Source of the DNA: Takakia lepidozioides
Lineage: Eukaryota > Plantae > Bryophyta
Direction of reading: 5' to 3'
DNA length: 64,000 nt
Assembly: GCA_030704615.1 (NCBI GenBank)
Contig: CM060732.1
Coordinates: 66,464,001 to 66,528,000 of the forward strand
Part shown: positions 36,353 through 49,719 of the stretch, one piece after another
Layout of the letters: each line of letters opens with the position of its first letter
How positions within the stretch are numbered: the stretch's first letter is position 1
The notes under the pieces: model-generated
What the model saw: only the letters and a program-made list of their open reading frames with translations
What the model was told of the DNA's origin: nothing
Databases searched by the model: none
Program-made: the position numbers and the translations under genes

Positions 36353-37909
36353 TAATAGGAATGAACAATGAGGAGGGACTAATCGATCACGACTTCCTGG
36401 TTCTTGAGCTTCATACTAACAGCGAAAGCCAACCTGGTGTACACGAAGAGTATGAAGCGAAAGTCGCGGACGTCTGTCTGTTTACAATTCCCTGGAACAA
36501 TCCCAAGTCAATTTACAACATGGCCTTTAACCCTGACAACAAAAAAAACTCACTTTAGAGTGCCAAAAGACACAGGTTTACATGAGAATAAGCACTTCAA
36601 TTTCGCTATGATGTACTGAGTGATAAGAGCCCCATACTAGAAGCAGCACTGCACCCACTTAAAATGAGAGTAACCTAAAAGTTAGTGAGGACATTGCGAC
36701 CCCTGCACATTCTTGGTGAAGCCAGTTTTGGCAATTCGCCAGTTTTGGCAATTCGCAGAGAGAGCACATATACTGGCGGCCGTGGTCAACCTTTCCTTTG
36801 TAATATCTTCCATTATTTGACCGGCCAACCTGTGATGACGACAATGCTACCCATATCCTAACAGCATTGCATTCGAAAAGAATTCCCAAAATCAAGATCA
36901 TGAGGGGAAATGTGAAGTTCCCTTTGGAACCTTCCGCATAGAATGAAGGGTTTGACAGCGAAATAAGGACAAAAAGGGGGAGGAAGATGCAGGTTCCGAT
37001 TGGGATTTCGCATCGGGCCTGTAGCTTCATGATGGTGATTGGTTATAACTGCTAATGGAAGAGATGTAGACTTGGCAGTAGATATTTAAACGTTTCGATT
37101 ATAACTTACCAATCTGACACCAGATAACCTTTGTAAATACTATCGAACTCTCCCTTCGAATTCGCATCGTCGATGCTTCCATACATGTCCATGAAGGTAA
37201 CGTTCCAAATTTCTTCAAGTAGATGCAGTTCTCACCTATGATATGATCACCATGCTATCCTGCAATCATCGCATTTGAAGACACGACCCGTCGTTCAGCC
37301 ATATTGTCGCACATTCCCTCTCTGCAAACTCCACATTCCAAATGGCATCCTCTGCAGACTCTCACTTTACATACTCAATGAAGAATGCGATTTAGTGCTC
37401 TACGGTAACTACAAAATGCTTGAGCTATATCAAACCAATAGGAAACTAACACATGTACTAAGCTGATAGGATTTCGGCAAACATGGATGGATGAGCTCAT
37501 CCAATGGATGGATCCATTCATGGATATGGAGGTTAGCTATTTCATGAGCATGAGCGGCATGAGCAGAGTAGTAAGACAATCGGTTTTCATGAGCAGAAGT
37601 ACAAATTTTGAACATAAAAAATGATTAAAAACAATAATTTAATGCAATGTGTCAGGAAAAACAAATATATTATTCGGCCCCTTGAAGGGAAAATTGTAGT
37701 TTTGACAGTTGTGCTCATGATATTTCGTCTTCCGCTCATGCCAATTTTCAGCGACATGTGCAAATATGGCGCCGAATTTCGCGGTAATAGGGTCCGTAAC
37801 CTGAAAAAACGGCGACGTATTTCGCGGTAATAGGTCTCTCTGGCGAAAAATGGTGCCGAATTCTGCGGCTATAGGTCCCCTCATGACAGGTAATTCGGCG
37901 CCATTTTTG

Positions 37910-39013
37910 TTCCCCCTCACCAATTTGTGACAATGGGAACCAACGTGTATGCAAGCTCGGGTGAGGTCAGGGAAACGGTGCAACACATAGAACTGCTTGG
38001 CATTACAAACAGACATGCAGTGTGGTGGTTCTTCGCAATGCGCACACTTAAATGTGGAGTTCGGAACCTTCTCCTGAGCTCGAAATGGTTGATGAGTTGT
38101 GCCTGTCCAATCGGTCTCGTTCCTGTGACCTCTGGATTTAAAGTGGAAGCAAGTTGGGGAGAAACACCGCAACGCGCCCGCACAAACAACGTAGCGCACC
38201 CGCACACCATCGAGCATCTTCATGTTGGTGGTTTTGGTAACGCACCAAGGATGACCGTCATGTTTTCTATCCATATCTGTCAACATTCCGGACGCCCTCG
38301 AGTAGTCCGCCCGAGGAGGGAACTCAAAGAAGATATTACCGTCGACGTCGGCGGGAAGGCATGTAACCGATTTAATTGCGAACTTGCTGTAGTCCAGCCC
38401 GGCCAGCTCCGACCGGTGTCCCTCCAGGTGAAGCCCTCACAGAATTTCAAGAATAGATCGAACTGCGGTGCTCGTGCTGGAATATGACTCCCTCCTCCAC
38501 TGACGTCCATTGAGGACTTGCCTGATCTCCAGGACGACCTCGGAACTTCCATGACCTCGTCTGAGTCGGACAGGTTGTGAACAACCCGGTTCTCGCTCGT
38601 CTTCATGGATGGGTTCGGCTCTGGATTTACTTCGTTGTGGACTTCTCTCTTTGAGGTAGCCACTCTCTGATTCGCGGATTGTTTCGTGGAAGGCGCCAGG
38701 ATAGAAGGTGCATTTGACGGGCAAATGAAGTCCCCAACAGCCCTGTATATGACGTTGTCTGATGGTGGAACTCGCCATTCCCTGCCATCGCCGAAATCAT
38801 CGTGGAGCACAACAATACTCTCGACAACAAGGCCATTTGAGTCCTTCCTTTCCTCCTCCAAAAAACCGACCCCGGTTTCAGGTGGTATTGAACGCACAGA
38901 TATTTCTCCATCACCCGGCAGATGTCCCCTCTGCACGAAAATGAAGCTCTATGCTCGTGAGGAGGGCAGTACACTGTAGCGCTCGGGTTTTCCGCCATGG
39001 GAGATGTGCACAC
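37910..39013 (-). pseudogene. N-terminal transposase-like remnant with GCM-type (WRKY-GCM1 fold) zinc domain
   Basis: LPADVDGNIFFEFPP...DGHPWCVTKTTN...CAGALRCFSPTC...CAHC...C...C...HVGSHCH. Stop at 38437-38439; truncated after the HxH. Confidence 0.6.
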
Positions 39014-39249
39014 AAGACTGCCAGGATGGCGTGCAGGGAAGCTCCCTGGTAGAAGGGGGATGCAGCGATGGGAAGAAATGTGGTGCCGATTTGTTCGAGC
39101 GACGAAGCCTGATCCAAATCCAGGGAGCCAACTATCTCAAAAATCCACAGTCAGAGTGTAATGAACCTTGTCTCCGGAATGCGGCCCCTGGTCTTTGCGC
39201 AATAACTGCCAACGGTATGCAGTCAGAAAGTGGGGGGCCGTCCGGATGA

Positions 39250-42036
39250 TGTCGGCTGAAGGGGAGAAGCCGGCACCGTGCCGTCACATTACTACCCCCG
39301 AATGGAAATTCGGCACCCAATATCCAACAGGGGCCGCACGGATGAAGTCGTCTGGGGCAGAGATGTCGGCACCTGTCCGACAGAAAACATCCCCCGGATG
39401 GAAATTCAGCGCCGAATTTCCATTCGGATCCACCAAAAGGAAGTCCTGTCGGGGGGTCAGGCCGAAAACTGGCCGACATAAAAACCTCCGCGGATGGAAA
39501 AACGGCGCCGAATTTCCATCCGAGGCCTTTCGGATGCAGTCGGCTCGGGGGAAAGGCCGCCATCTGGCCCTCACATTACAACCCCCGGACGGAAATTCGG
39601 CACCGAATATACAACAGGGGAAGCCCGGATGAAGTCGCCTTGGGCGCAGAGGCCAGCGCGTGTGCGACAGAGAACATCCCTTGGATGAAGATTCGGCGCC
39701 GAATTTCCATCCAGGCCCCCCCAAAGGAAGTCGTGTCGGGGGGTCAGGCCGAAAACTGGCCGACATATAAACCTCCCCAGATGGAAAAACGGCGCCGAAT
39801 TTCCATCCGGGGCCGTTCCAATGCAGTCGGGGAGGGGGGAGAGGCCGGCACCTGGCCGTCATATTTCAACCCCCGGACGGAAATTCGGCACCGAATATCC
39901 AACGGAGCGGCGGAGAGGCCGGCACCTCTCCGACAGAGACCATCCCCCGGATGGAAATTCGGCGCCGAATTTCCATCGGGGCCCCCTCAAAGGAAGTCGT
40001 AAAAACCTCCCAGAATGGAAAAACGGCGCTGAATTTCCGTCCGAGGCTGTTCCGATTTGCCTCTAGCAGTCAAGGATTCCAAGAAAAACATGTCTACAAG
40101 TGCACTTCAGCCACAAAACAAACAGTTAGGTTTGTTTTTCTCCGAAAAATCAATCGGACACGCTCAGAATTACCTGCAGGAAGGTAAGTCAGCGCTTCGA
40201 AATACCTGGCGAATGGAAATTCAGCGCCGAATATCCATACGCCAGCGATCTGACTTATCTGTTGGATGGAAATTCGGCGCTGGATTTCCATCCATCCGGG
40301 ATTCGAGTTACCTGCAGGATGGAAATTCGGCGCTGGATTTCCATCCATCCGGGATTCGAATTACCTGCAGGATGGAAATTCGGCGCCGGATCTCCATCCA
40401 TCCGCTCTCCGACCAACCTTGCGGATGGAAATCCGGCGCCGGATTTCCATCCATCCGCTTCGGAATTACCTGCGTGAGGGAAATTTGGCGCGTCGCCCTA
40501 CCTGCGCGGATGGAAATCCGGCGCCGGATTTCCATCCATCCGCTTCGGAATTACCTGCGTGAGGGAAATTTGGCGCGCCGCCCTACCGAATTTTCAGTGC
40601 CGACTTACCTGGAGGATGGAAATCCGGCGCCGGATTTCCATCCATCCGCGCTCCGAATTACCTGCATGATGGAAATTTTGCGCGCCGACCTACCTGGCGG
40701 ATGGGAATCCGGCGCCGAATTTCCATCCATCCGCTCTTCGAATTACCTGCATGACGGAAATTTTGCGCGCCGACTTATCCGGCGGATGGAAATCCGGCGT
40801 CAGATTTCCATCCATCCGCTCTTCGAATTACCTGCATGACTGGAAAAATGGCGCCGAATTTCCGATTTTGGTGCCAGTCAGATCTGGGACTTAGCCATTT
40901 TCGGCCCCGAACAGGAAAAATGGCGACGAAAAAGTATTAAAAAAAAACAAAAAAAAACGCCATTTTTCCACTTCGGGGCCGAAAACGGCTAAGTCCCAGA
41001 TCTGACTGGCACCAAAATCGGAAATTCGGCGCCATTTTCCAGTTCTGGGCCCAGTCAGATCTGGGACTTAGCCATTTTCGGCCCCGAACTGGAAAAATGG
41101 CGCCGAAAAAAAATTAAAAAATAAAAATTAAGAAAAAAACGCCATTTTTCCAGTTCGGGGCCGAAAACGGCTAAGTCCCAGATCTGACTGGTACCCAAAA
41201 TCGGAAATTCGGCGCCATTTTTCCAGTTCGGGCCCCAGTCAGATCTGGGACTTAGCCATTTTCGGCCCCGAAATGGAAAAATGGCGTCATTTTTCCAGTT
41301 CAGGGCCCCGAAAATGGCTAAGTCCCTACGATGGCTGGAACCGCAACTGGAAATTCGGCACCATTTTTCCAGTTCCGCGCCCTATCAGATCTGGGACTTA
41401 GCCATTTTCGGCCCCGAACTGGAAAAATGGCGCCATTTTTCCAGTTCGGGGCCGAAAATGGCTAAGTCCCTAGGGTGGCTGGCACCAAAATCGGAAATTC
41501 GGCGCCATTTTTCTAGTTCTGGGCCCAGTCAGATCTGGGACTTAGCCATTTTCGGCCCCGAACTGGAAAAATGGCACCGAAAAAAAATAAAAAATAAAAT
41601 AAATAAACGCCATTTTTCCAGTTCGGGGCCGAAAATGGCCAAGTCCCAAATCTGACTGGCACCAAAATCGGAAATTCGGCGCCATTTTTCCAGTTCCGGG
41701 CCCAGTCAGATCTGGGACTTAGCCATTTTCGGCCCCGAAATGGAAAAATGGCGCCATTTTTCCAGTTCAAGGCCCCGAAAATGGCTAAGTCCCTAGGGTG
41801 GCTGGCAGCAAAATCGGAAATTCGGCGCCATTTTTCTAGTTCCGGGCCCAGTCAGATCTGGGACTTAACCATTTTCAGCCCCAAAATGGAAAAATGGCGC
41901 CATTTTTCCAGTTCAGGGCCCCAAAAATGGCTAAGTCCCTAGGGTGGCTGGAACCGCAACCGGAAATTCGGCGCCATTTTTCTAGTTCCGCGCCTAGTCA
42001 GTTCTGGGACTTAGCCATTTTCGGGCCCAACCTAGG
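39250..42036. repeat. Palindromic GGCGCC-centred repeat arrays in three blocks
   Basis: About 290-bp units at 39250-40060, about 50-85-bp units at 40210-40840, and alternating inverted CTGGGACTTAGCCATTTTCGGCCCCGAACTGGAAAAATGGCGCC units at 40840-42036. Perfect 28-bp palindrome at 39950-39977. Confidence 0.95.
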
Positions 42037-43532
42037 AAAATGGTGGCGAAAATGGTTTACGAGTGAGTGGTCGCATTGTAAGTTGCCTCCTGATTTTGTG
42101 AGGCACCTCCCCTCGCTCTTTTATTTCATTGAAAGACCGTTTCTGCTTCTGCTGGTATTGACATTCTTCAAGTGGATTTGTTCTTACTGTATGAGGGATG
42201 TCTACACCGCAGTTCATGGGCAGGAGGAACGTGCATTTTTTTGCCAGGGGGGATTTCATGCCTAGTCCAGAAAAGGACTACATCCTTCCTACTTATGTTG
42301 CCCGGCTTGCTTCGGTGTCCATTATGAGGTGTTCCGAACCTAGTCGTGTACAAAAGATTTTAGACGAGGCAAGCCTCAAGAAAATGAAGATGAGAGAGGA
42401 TGCAGCAGCTATTAGAGCCCGTCAGGCTCGTAGATTTGTCTTGGATTTAGCTGAGGAAAGTGGGGGAGAAGATGCAGAAGATTCCCAGGAGGTGAGGTGG
42501 ACAGTCCCCCAAGAGGACGGGATTTTTGAGAGGAATAGTGGAACTGATGCATCACAGAGCTCGGAGGATGAGGGGGATGAGGGGGATGAGGAAGAAGGTG
42601 GGGCAAGTTCCTCGGAGGGTGTAGGAGAGTAGTGCCCATTCCGGCTATGACAGTTAGAACACACTTGTATAGACGTGGCTTGTCACAAAATTTGCAATAA
42701 AATGTTGCATTTCAAGTCCACTGGTGCCACATTCCAACTTCACATGACCCTATTTCCGTGTCTCCTAACCTTATTTCCGTGGACTCACAATGGTCTGCTC
42801 ATGCTTTTTTTTTTTCCGCTCATGCTCATGCCGCTCATGAAATAGCAGCCCCCATGGATATGTCTTCAAAATGACACGTGTACTAATAAAGTCATATAAA
42901 TGCCTTTAAAATGCCATGTGTAGTGATGTAGTCATATATATAGAGTCATGAATCAATCTGTAGTCAAACAGTCATAAGTTTACATGCCATGTCATGTTGT
43001 GGATGAACTCGTCCAATGGATGAATACATTCGTGTATTTGCCTTCGAAATGACACGTGTAGCGATGTAGTCGTATAATTAAGAGCTGTGAAACCATCTCC
43101 AGTCATGGAGTCATAACATTCCATGAAACGTCGTCCACGTGTAGTCAAACATATCACACTAGTCATATAAACCATCCTTGTCATTGTGGTCAACAATGTT
43201 TGACCAAAGCTTCCTAACTTTCCGGAGTCATGTAGTGATAAAACTATGACTGCAACGCATTTCAGCGCTCTGTAGTCATCTACCTAGTGCAGTTTTTATA
43301 ACTCCGCCAAAGCCGTAGTCCTAAAAACGCTCATCTCTTGTAGTGACAAACCTTATCTCCTCTTGCAGTCTTTTCTTCTCTTGTGCATTCACCTGAGGCA
43401 AACGTTGGCATGCCTTTAATAGCCGCCATGTTGTCGACATCGCATATTCCCAACAATTGTGCTCTTTCCCGCTGTAGTCCGGACAGTGTCTTCCAGCACC
43501 TCGAACAGATCTTCCATCCCAATTGTCTGTTG

Positions 43533-45390
43533 AAAACAACAGACAATTACATGTTGCGGATTTTATGCATTGGCTTCACAAAGAAGCGACCCAACCACAT
43601 TAAGCGCACTTACTACGCACAATTTCAAAAATGTTAGACAATTTCTAGGGCTCTTCGACAAAATGATGCAATTCTTAGAAGTTGAATGGCAGTCTCTGAA
43701 AGAAATAGAACCTCAAGTACACCAGCCAATAGTTTTTGGGGATAATGAAGGCATTTCAGGTCTCTGATGTCCATTTCTAAGGTTCATGTGTGAGTGGGAA
43801 AGAGAGAGAGAGATAGAGACAGAGACAGAACTTTCCATAGAACATGACGGTTGCAATGGTGGTTGCTTGTCAGGAACACTGCAAAACATTGTATGCAGCC
43901 AGTATTTCCATGCAGGTCCTTCACCAATTTCGCGATATGCAGCCTGATGTAAGTAGTGTTACCATGTCTCGGCTTGCTTCGGTAGAAGATAAGGGAGATC
44001 ATTGTGCATGAAGCTCAAACTTGTGATTTGAAGGTTCTTGTAGCCAAGTTCATTCCAAAGGTGATTGGAAAAGACATTGAAAAGATATCAGCCAGTATGT
44101 ATCCTATACAGAACACCTTCATCCACAAAGTAAATATTATGAAAGCTCCCAGAGTTGATGTTTTCCAGCCTATATGTTCTTGTTGGATATTAATTGAAGT
44201 GCTTTCAATGTTGCTGCAATACCATAATAAAGTGGAGGCTGCTGAATGCAGTTGGCCTTGTTTGGTGCGGACAGAATCCATTGCAATGTGGAGATGGCTG
44301 ATTATAGTATTTCCAGAGGATGGTGTGGATGGCCTTGCGTCGTGCATGCAGAGTCCGTGGCAATGTGGAGATGGCTGAATGGGCAAATGAGGCAAGTGGC
44401 AAAGAAGCCACGTCACTGGTACATAGTTGTGTGCGACATACTACAAGAAACTGTACTATATGTCATTCCAGAGACTGTCATTGTTGGTCCATGTGTTTTA
44501 CAACAATGCTATCAATATAAGACTTTTGGTTCGCATTGGAAGCTCAATCCCTGTAAGTTCATTGTGTGTGAAGCTCAAACTTGTGATTTGAAGGATCTTG
44601 TAGCCAAGTTCATTCAACCGGAAAGGAAAAATTCTGAAAGCTCCCAAATTTGATGTGGGCAAGCTTATGGAGGTAAAACTTAGCTTCCCTCCTCTAATGT
44701 AAGTGTTGGATAAGTTTCATTTAGTGTCGACCTTCACTGCATATATTGGCTCTTTTCTTGGCTGGTATGCTGTTGGTTGGCTTCTTTCATTTCACGTGTG
44801 TAGTGGAAGGGGAGAAGTACTTTCTTAAGTTCTGCTGCAACAATGTCTTTTTCCAGCCTAGATGTTCTCGATGGATACAAATTGAAGTGCTTTGAATGTT
44901 GCTGCAATACTATAATAAAGTGGAGGGTGTTGAATGCAGTTGGCCTTGCTTTGTGCAGGCATAATCCAGGGAAATGTGGACATAGCTGAAACCCCATGAT
45001 AGCATTTCCAAAGGACGGTGTGGATGGCCTCACAATCCAGCATGCAAAATCCATGGCAATGTGGAGATGGCTGAATGGGCAAACAGGTTAAGTGGCGAAC
45101 AAGCCACGTCACTGGTACATATAGCATGCTTATATAGTACATGAAAGCGTACTATATGTCATTCCCAAAAATGACCATGTTGGTCCATGTATTTTACAAC
45201 AATGCTATCAATAAAAGACCAATGGTTCGTATTGGAAACTCAATCCCCGTAAGTGGCTTGTGCGAGATGCTCAAACTTGTGATTTGAAGGATCTTATACC
45301 CCAGTTCATTGTAGAGGTGATTAGAAAAGACATTGAGAAGCAACAGCCGTTATCTATCCTCTACAGATCCCCTTCAATTTGATGTGGGAA
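43533..45390 (+). pseudogene. RPS3a: Captured 40S ribosomal protein S3a (eS1) fragments, partly tandem-duplicated, inside the CACTA
   Basis: [30 protein letters not shown] (43533-43622); [25 protein letters not shown]...[17 protein letters not shown] (44010-44150); APKFDVGKLME followed by a GT donor (44673); a further copy at 45260-45390. Confidence 0.88.
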
Positions 45391-45950
45391 AGCCGGCTGG
45401 CTGGAGGTCTAGTCTCACTTTCACTCATCTAATGTCAGTGTTGTATCCATTGTACTTCCGAGCACCTCGTATACGTGGTGATGATGTTCAGCCAACCCTT
45501 GGACAAGATCAAGTCTGTGATGAAGACAATGATACATGTAGTAACCCAGACATAGATGAGGATGATGAAGATTAGATATGCTAGATTTGTGCACTCCAGT
45601 TATAGACCATGCATGATAGTTTAAGGTGGCAACACTCCCTTCGCATTCCCATTAAGATATCATGCTTGGACAGTGGATTTTATGATCAATTATGGAGTGT
45701 TTTCCTTTCAGCACCCTTTATTCATTTGTTGTTGCAATTGGCTTTGGACCAACCCGTGCTGGTACCATTGCCATGGGTTCTGCCTGCAATGTTTTCTTGC
45801 CATGGATTCGGCACACTCCACGAAAGGCCATCCAGACCATCCTCTGGAAATGCTCCAATGTTGTTTCAAACATCAGGCCACCTGCTCTGGAGTAACCGGT
45901 ACCGCTCGGCTGCATGTTGGGCCATCAGTAACCAGAGTCTCTTCTAGTCT

Positions 45951-48900
45951 TTATGGGGCTAACAATCCTTCCACTTCCGCCACATCATCATTATCAATTG
46001 ATATGTCGCAGACCACTCTACGTGCTCGGGGGCTCTTCTCCAGGACGACTTTCCACCCCGGCTCCTTCACACAATCAGAAAAAAACACTTGATCAACCTG
46101 GCCAGGAAACACAAAAGGTTGCTCAGAAGGTGGAAGCATACGGTTAAAATTGACCAGTGTGAAGCCAACATCATCTTGCTTCATTGACATAGGTTGACGA
46201 CCCACGCGACGCGCCCGTACCCACGAACACAAAAACACTATAGGCTGTGTTTGGCCATAGTCAATTTGCAAAATCTCCCTTATAAGACCCACATATCTTG
46301 TAGGTTCCTCCATGTCATTGCCTGAATTGTTGGTAATGGGCTGGTGCTGGAAAACAGATGAGACTCCACAATCAAAAGACACCATACTTGTTGTGTTCAT
46401 GCCGGGGGATGTAACCCTGTAATGGTTATCATACGCTGTCATACTCTTGAATGACAGGGCAGTAAATGATGGAGGCCTTGAAAGATCCAGTAATTCCTCA
46501 TGTGTTGTAGGATCAAGCCCATCTGATTGAATTGAAAGATGATCCCGTACACCTTGAGGGAGCCAAACAACAAATGGAGGACAAGGATGCAAATCAGGAG
46601 GGTACTGAATTGCCGTGGGATTGCTCATGCCTTCCAGCCCTTGCTCCTCACGAAACAAGCGTCGTCTGGCTTCTATCCGTGTGGACTCTGCTTCATATAT
46701 CCTGTCACAATCCGAGTGTCAGCCAGGAGATTGACAGAGGTGGCGTGGGAGATATGAAAAGATGTCATATGCCAACTTATGATAAATGACTAAAACTTGG
46801 AAATCTGAATGTCAATGAAGTAGATTTCTTACCCCAACATGACTGACAGACGAGGATGGTTCTGAATGATGTACTCATGTACAATATCACACAGGTCATT
46901 CAATTTTCGGGCTTTAGCCTCGGGCCTTGCCATGTTTCTTACGTAGCCCTTCATATCTTTCATTGCCCGCTCCATGGGGTACATCCAACGAGATGCTACG
47001 GGCCCGCATAAGTACAACTCATCCACTAGGTGAACAACCAGATGTGTCATCATATCAAAAAATGATGGTGGGAACTCCTTCTCTATAAGACACAGAGTGA
47101 CAACTGCTTCAGTTCTCAATTCCTCATACTCTACAGGATTCACCACTTTTGCACACAACCTCTTAAATACACGACATACTCGCAAAATGGCCCTTCGAGG
47201 ACCAGTTGCCATGAGCCCACGGATAGCAAGCGGTATAATTTGCTACATGAGCACATGATAGTCATGTGATTTCATGCCAGACAACTTCTTCTTCACCACA
47301 TGCTCTTTGAAAGCTGATGCGTAGCCTGTTGGCACTTTCAAGTTCTGCACAATCTCTAGAAAAACTTGTAACTCAACCTCAGTGAGGACATAAGGGGCAG
47401 GAGGCATAATGAACGTATCTGCTCTGTCAGGATCACGTTGTAGCCACAATTCCGGGCGCATCCCAAGTAGCTCCAAATCACGGCGAACTTTCAATGTGTC
47501 TTTCTCACCAAAGATAGTTTTAATAATATTTTCAGCCAAATTCTTCTCGCAATGCATTGCGTCAAACGTGTGGCGGATGAGGAGACCCTACAAAATGAAC
47601 ACATAAGCAATTGAGCATTTACTCATCACAATTTAAACAGAAAACGCAAAAATGTACACAGCCAATTTAAAGGCCATGAAGGAATTACCTCCCAATAAGG
47701 TAAGACATATAAAATTGACAATCGCTTAACTCCATGAGTTTTTGCTGGGTCTGTCCTGCTATCTGGCGTCCCTCTGTTTTCCACCCATGCAGTGCGAGCT
47801 ATTGCAAGCTCCTTGATTTGTGTTCCAGTCTGCGTTTTTGGAGGAGTTCCATGCTCAGTAGTGCCATTGAACATTCTTGATCTTCTATATGGATGATTGC
47901 CGGCCAAAAATCTTCGGTGGCCTAGGAAAATAGTTTTTCCACATGTGTGTAACTGCTGTGAAGTCACCCCGGGTCCACAAGCTGGACAACCAGCATAAAC
48001 CTTTCGTCACCTGACGTGAGAGCAAGCCATATGCAGGGTAGTCATGGATTGACCACATCAACACTGCCTCAGTGTGAATTCGCGTTGACCACGAGGACGG
48101 GAAACATCATGAGCTGCAATCCCTCTCCACAGTTCCAGTAGCTCTTCCACTAGGGGCATCAGGTAAACATCTACGTTGTCCGAGGTAACAGACTCTTTAC
48201 CAAGAATCAGTAGCGCTAACATGACAATGAACTTTTTGGTCATTAACCACGGAGGCAAATTGTAATTGACCAAGAGAACGGGCCATGTGCTCCAACTTGT
48301 GGATTGAGCTCCGTAGGGATTTACACCGTCTAAGGCCAATCCAAATCGCAGAGATCGTGGCTCTGCAGCAAAATCCTCAAATGTGGTGTCAATGTGTTTC
48401 CATGCTTTGCTATCAGCTGGATGTCGAACCAACCCATCCTGGCTCTTATGTCTGTCGTGCCATGTCATGAGGTTAGCGATCGATTTACATCGGTACATAC
48501 GTTTCAACCTTGGAATGACAGGGAAGTGTCGCAATACTTTCTTGGGCACACTTCCACGACCTAGAATGTAACGGGAACTGCGGCACACTGGGCAAATGTC
48601 TACATTCTCATACTCCCCACGGAAGAGTACAGAACCACGCTCACAGGCATGAATCATGGTGTACTGCAATCCCATCTTGGCAATCATGGTTTTTGCTTCA
48701 TAGTGAGTTTTCGGCAATAAATTCTCTTTAGGCAAAAAACTCTTACGCAACAATCCCAGAAGCTCATCCACAAATGCATTTGTGCACTTGTGGGTAGTGC
48801 ATGCGTTCAGCAACGTCAAAGTTGCTTACAGCCGGCTGATCGAGCAAAAAGTGGACATTGCGACTGTCAGAAGAGTTTATCATACTCGGGATCAACGTGC

Positions 48901-49719
48901 AGGTGAGCATTCTCATCAAATTCATTGTCTCCAGAATCGTTGAGGTCATCGTCAAATGTGTGATCGGTTCCACCATGAATGGGGTCATCTCTGTTTGCAT
49001 CTGCAAACAGAAATGCTTCCTGCAATGCACGCTGGATTTCTACCTCCAATCCACCACTCTCATCTGCGTTCTCTGTGACATTGGGCTCCCACTGTGCCGC
49101 AGGGCCTTCGTCTTCATCATCTGAATATTCACATCCCTACATCCCAATAGTCATCTTGTGAGTGGACCAACAACGATGTGACACTTGTTCATATTATGAC
49201 ATAGGAGGCACGGTGACGTTGCAGTGATGCAGTTATATTTACGTATGTATCTTATGAATATACACCCAATCAAAACACGACATTTGTAGCCATTGAAGTC
49301 ATAGTTGCAGTCACTTAGTTAGTCATATATGACTACATGACTACACATGACCAATGAAAACACGACATGTGCATTAATTAAAGTGATAACGGAAGTGACG
49401 TAGTCATAGTCACGTCTGTATCTTATGACTTCTTGACTACAATCACCCAACGAAATGTCGACATGTGGAGAAGAGGATCGTTGCATTCAAAATTCAAACT
49501 AAAGTGTTGAAGGGAAAGTGACGATCGTACCGGAAGATAACAGCGTCGGAGAAGATGATCACTCCCGTGTATCATGTAATGATTCCTCACTGTTTCCAAC
49601 AACAGTACTTTTCCTCCATGACACTCATCACAGTTGCATAGCATTTTTGTATGCCCATTCCTTGTGGCATAAGCTTCTTCCATTCGCCATAGACGGTCAT
49701 CTATTCTACGCCTACGCAT
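45951..49719 (-). pseudogene. CACTA TnpD/Tnp2-type transposase, multi-exon, disrupted
   Basis: HPADSKAWKHID...LRFGLALDGVNPYG...STWPVLLVNYNLPPW, MHCEKN, GMKSHDYHVLM, FPPSFFDMMTHLVVHL...WMYPMER, EQPFVFPGQVDQVFF, and N-terminal MLCNCDEC. Confidence 0.95.

Larger units (their letters stand above)
36490..42036 (-). mobile_element. MULE/Foldback-like derivative with GCM-like domain remnant and long subterminal repeat arrays
   Basis: Interrupts the host paralogue at 36489. Coding remnant 37910-39010 and repeat arrays 39250-42036. The left boundary and TSD are not demonstrable. Confidence 0.55.

Noticed and set aside
39250-42036. CRISPR-like array of palindromic repeats
   Set aside because: The intervening sequences are themselves repeated, orientation alternates, there are no cas genes, and the context is eukaryotic TE DNA.
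40057-42265. Long ORFs such as 40057-40839 and 41281-41655
   Set aside because: They are translations of the repeat arrays, not plausible proteins.
42198-42632. Independent acidic-protein gene
   Set aside because: It lies inside the inverted CACTA arm, is low-complexity and has no recognisable domain; it is probably an element exon remnant.
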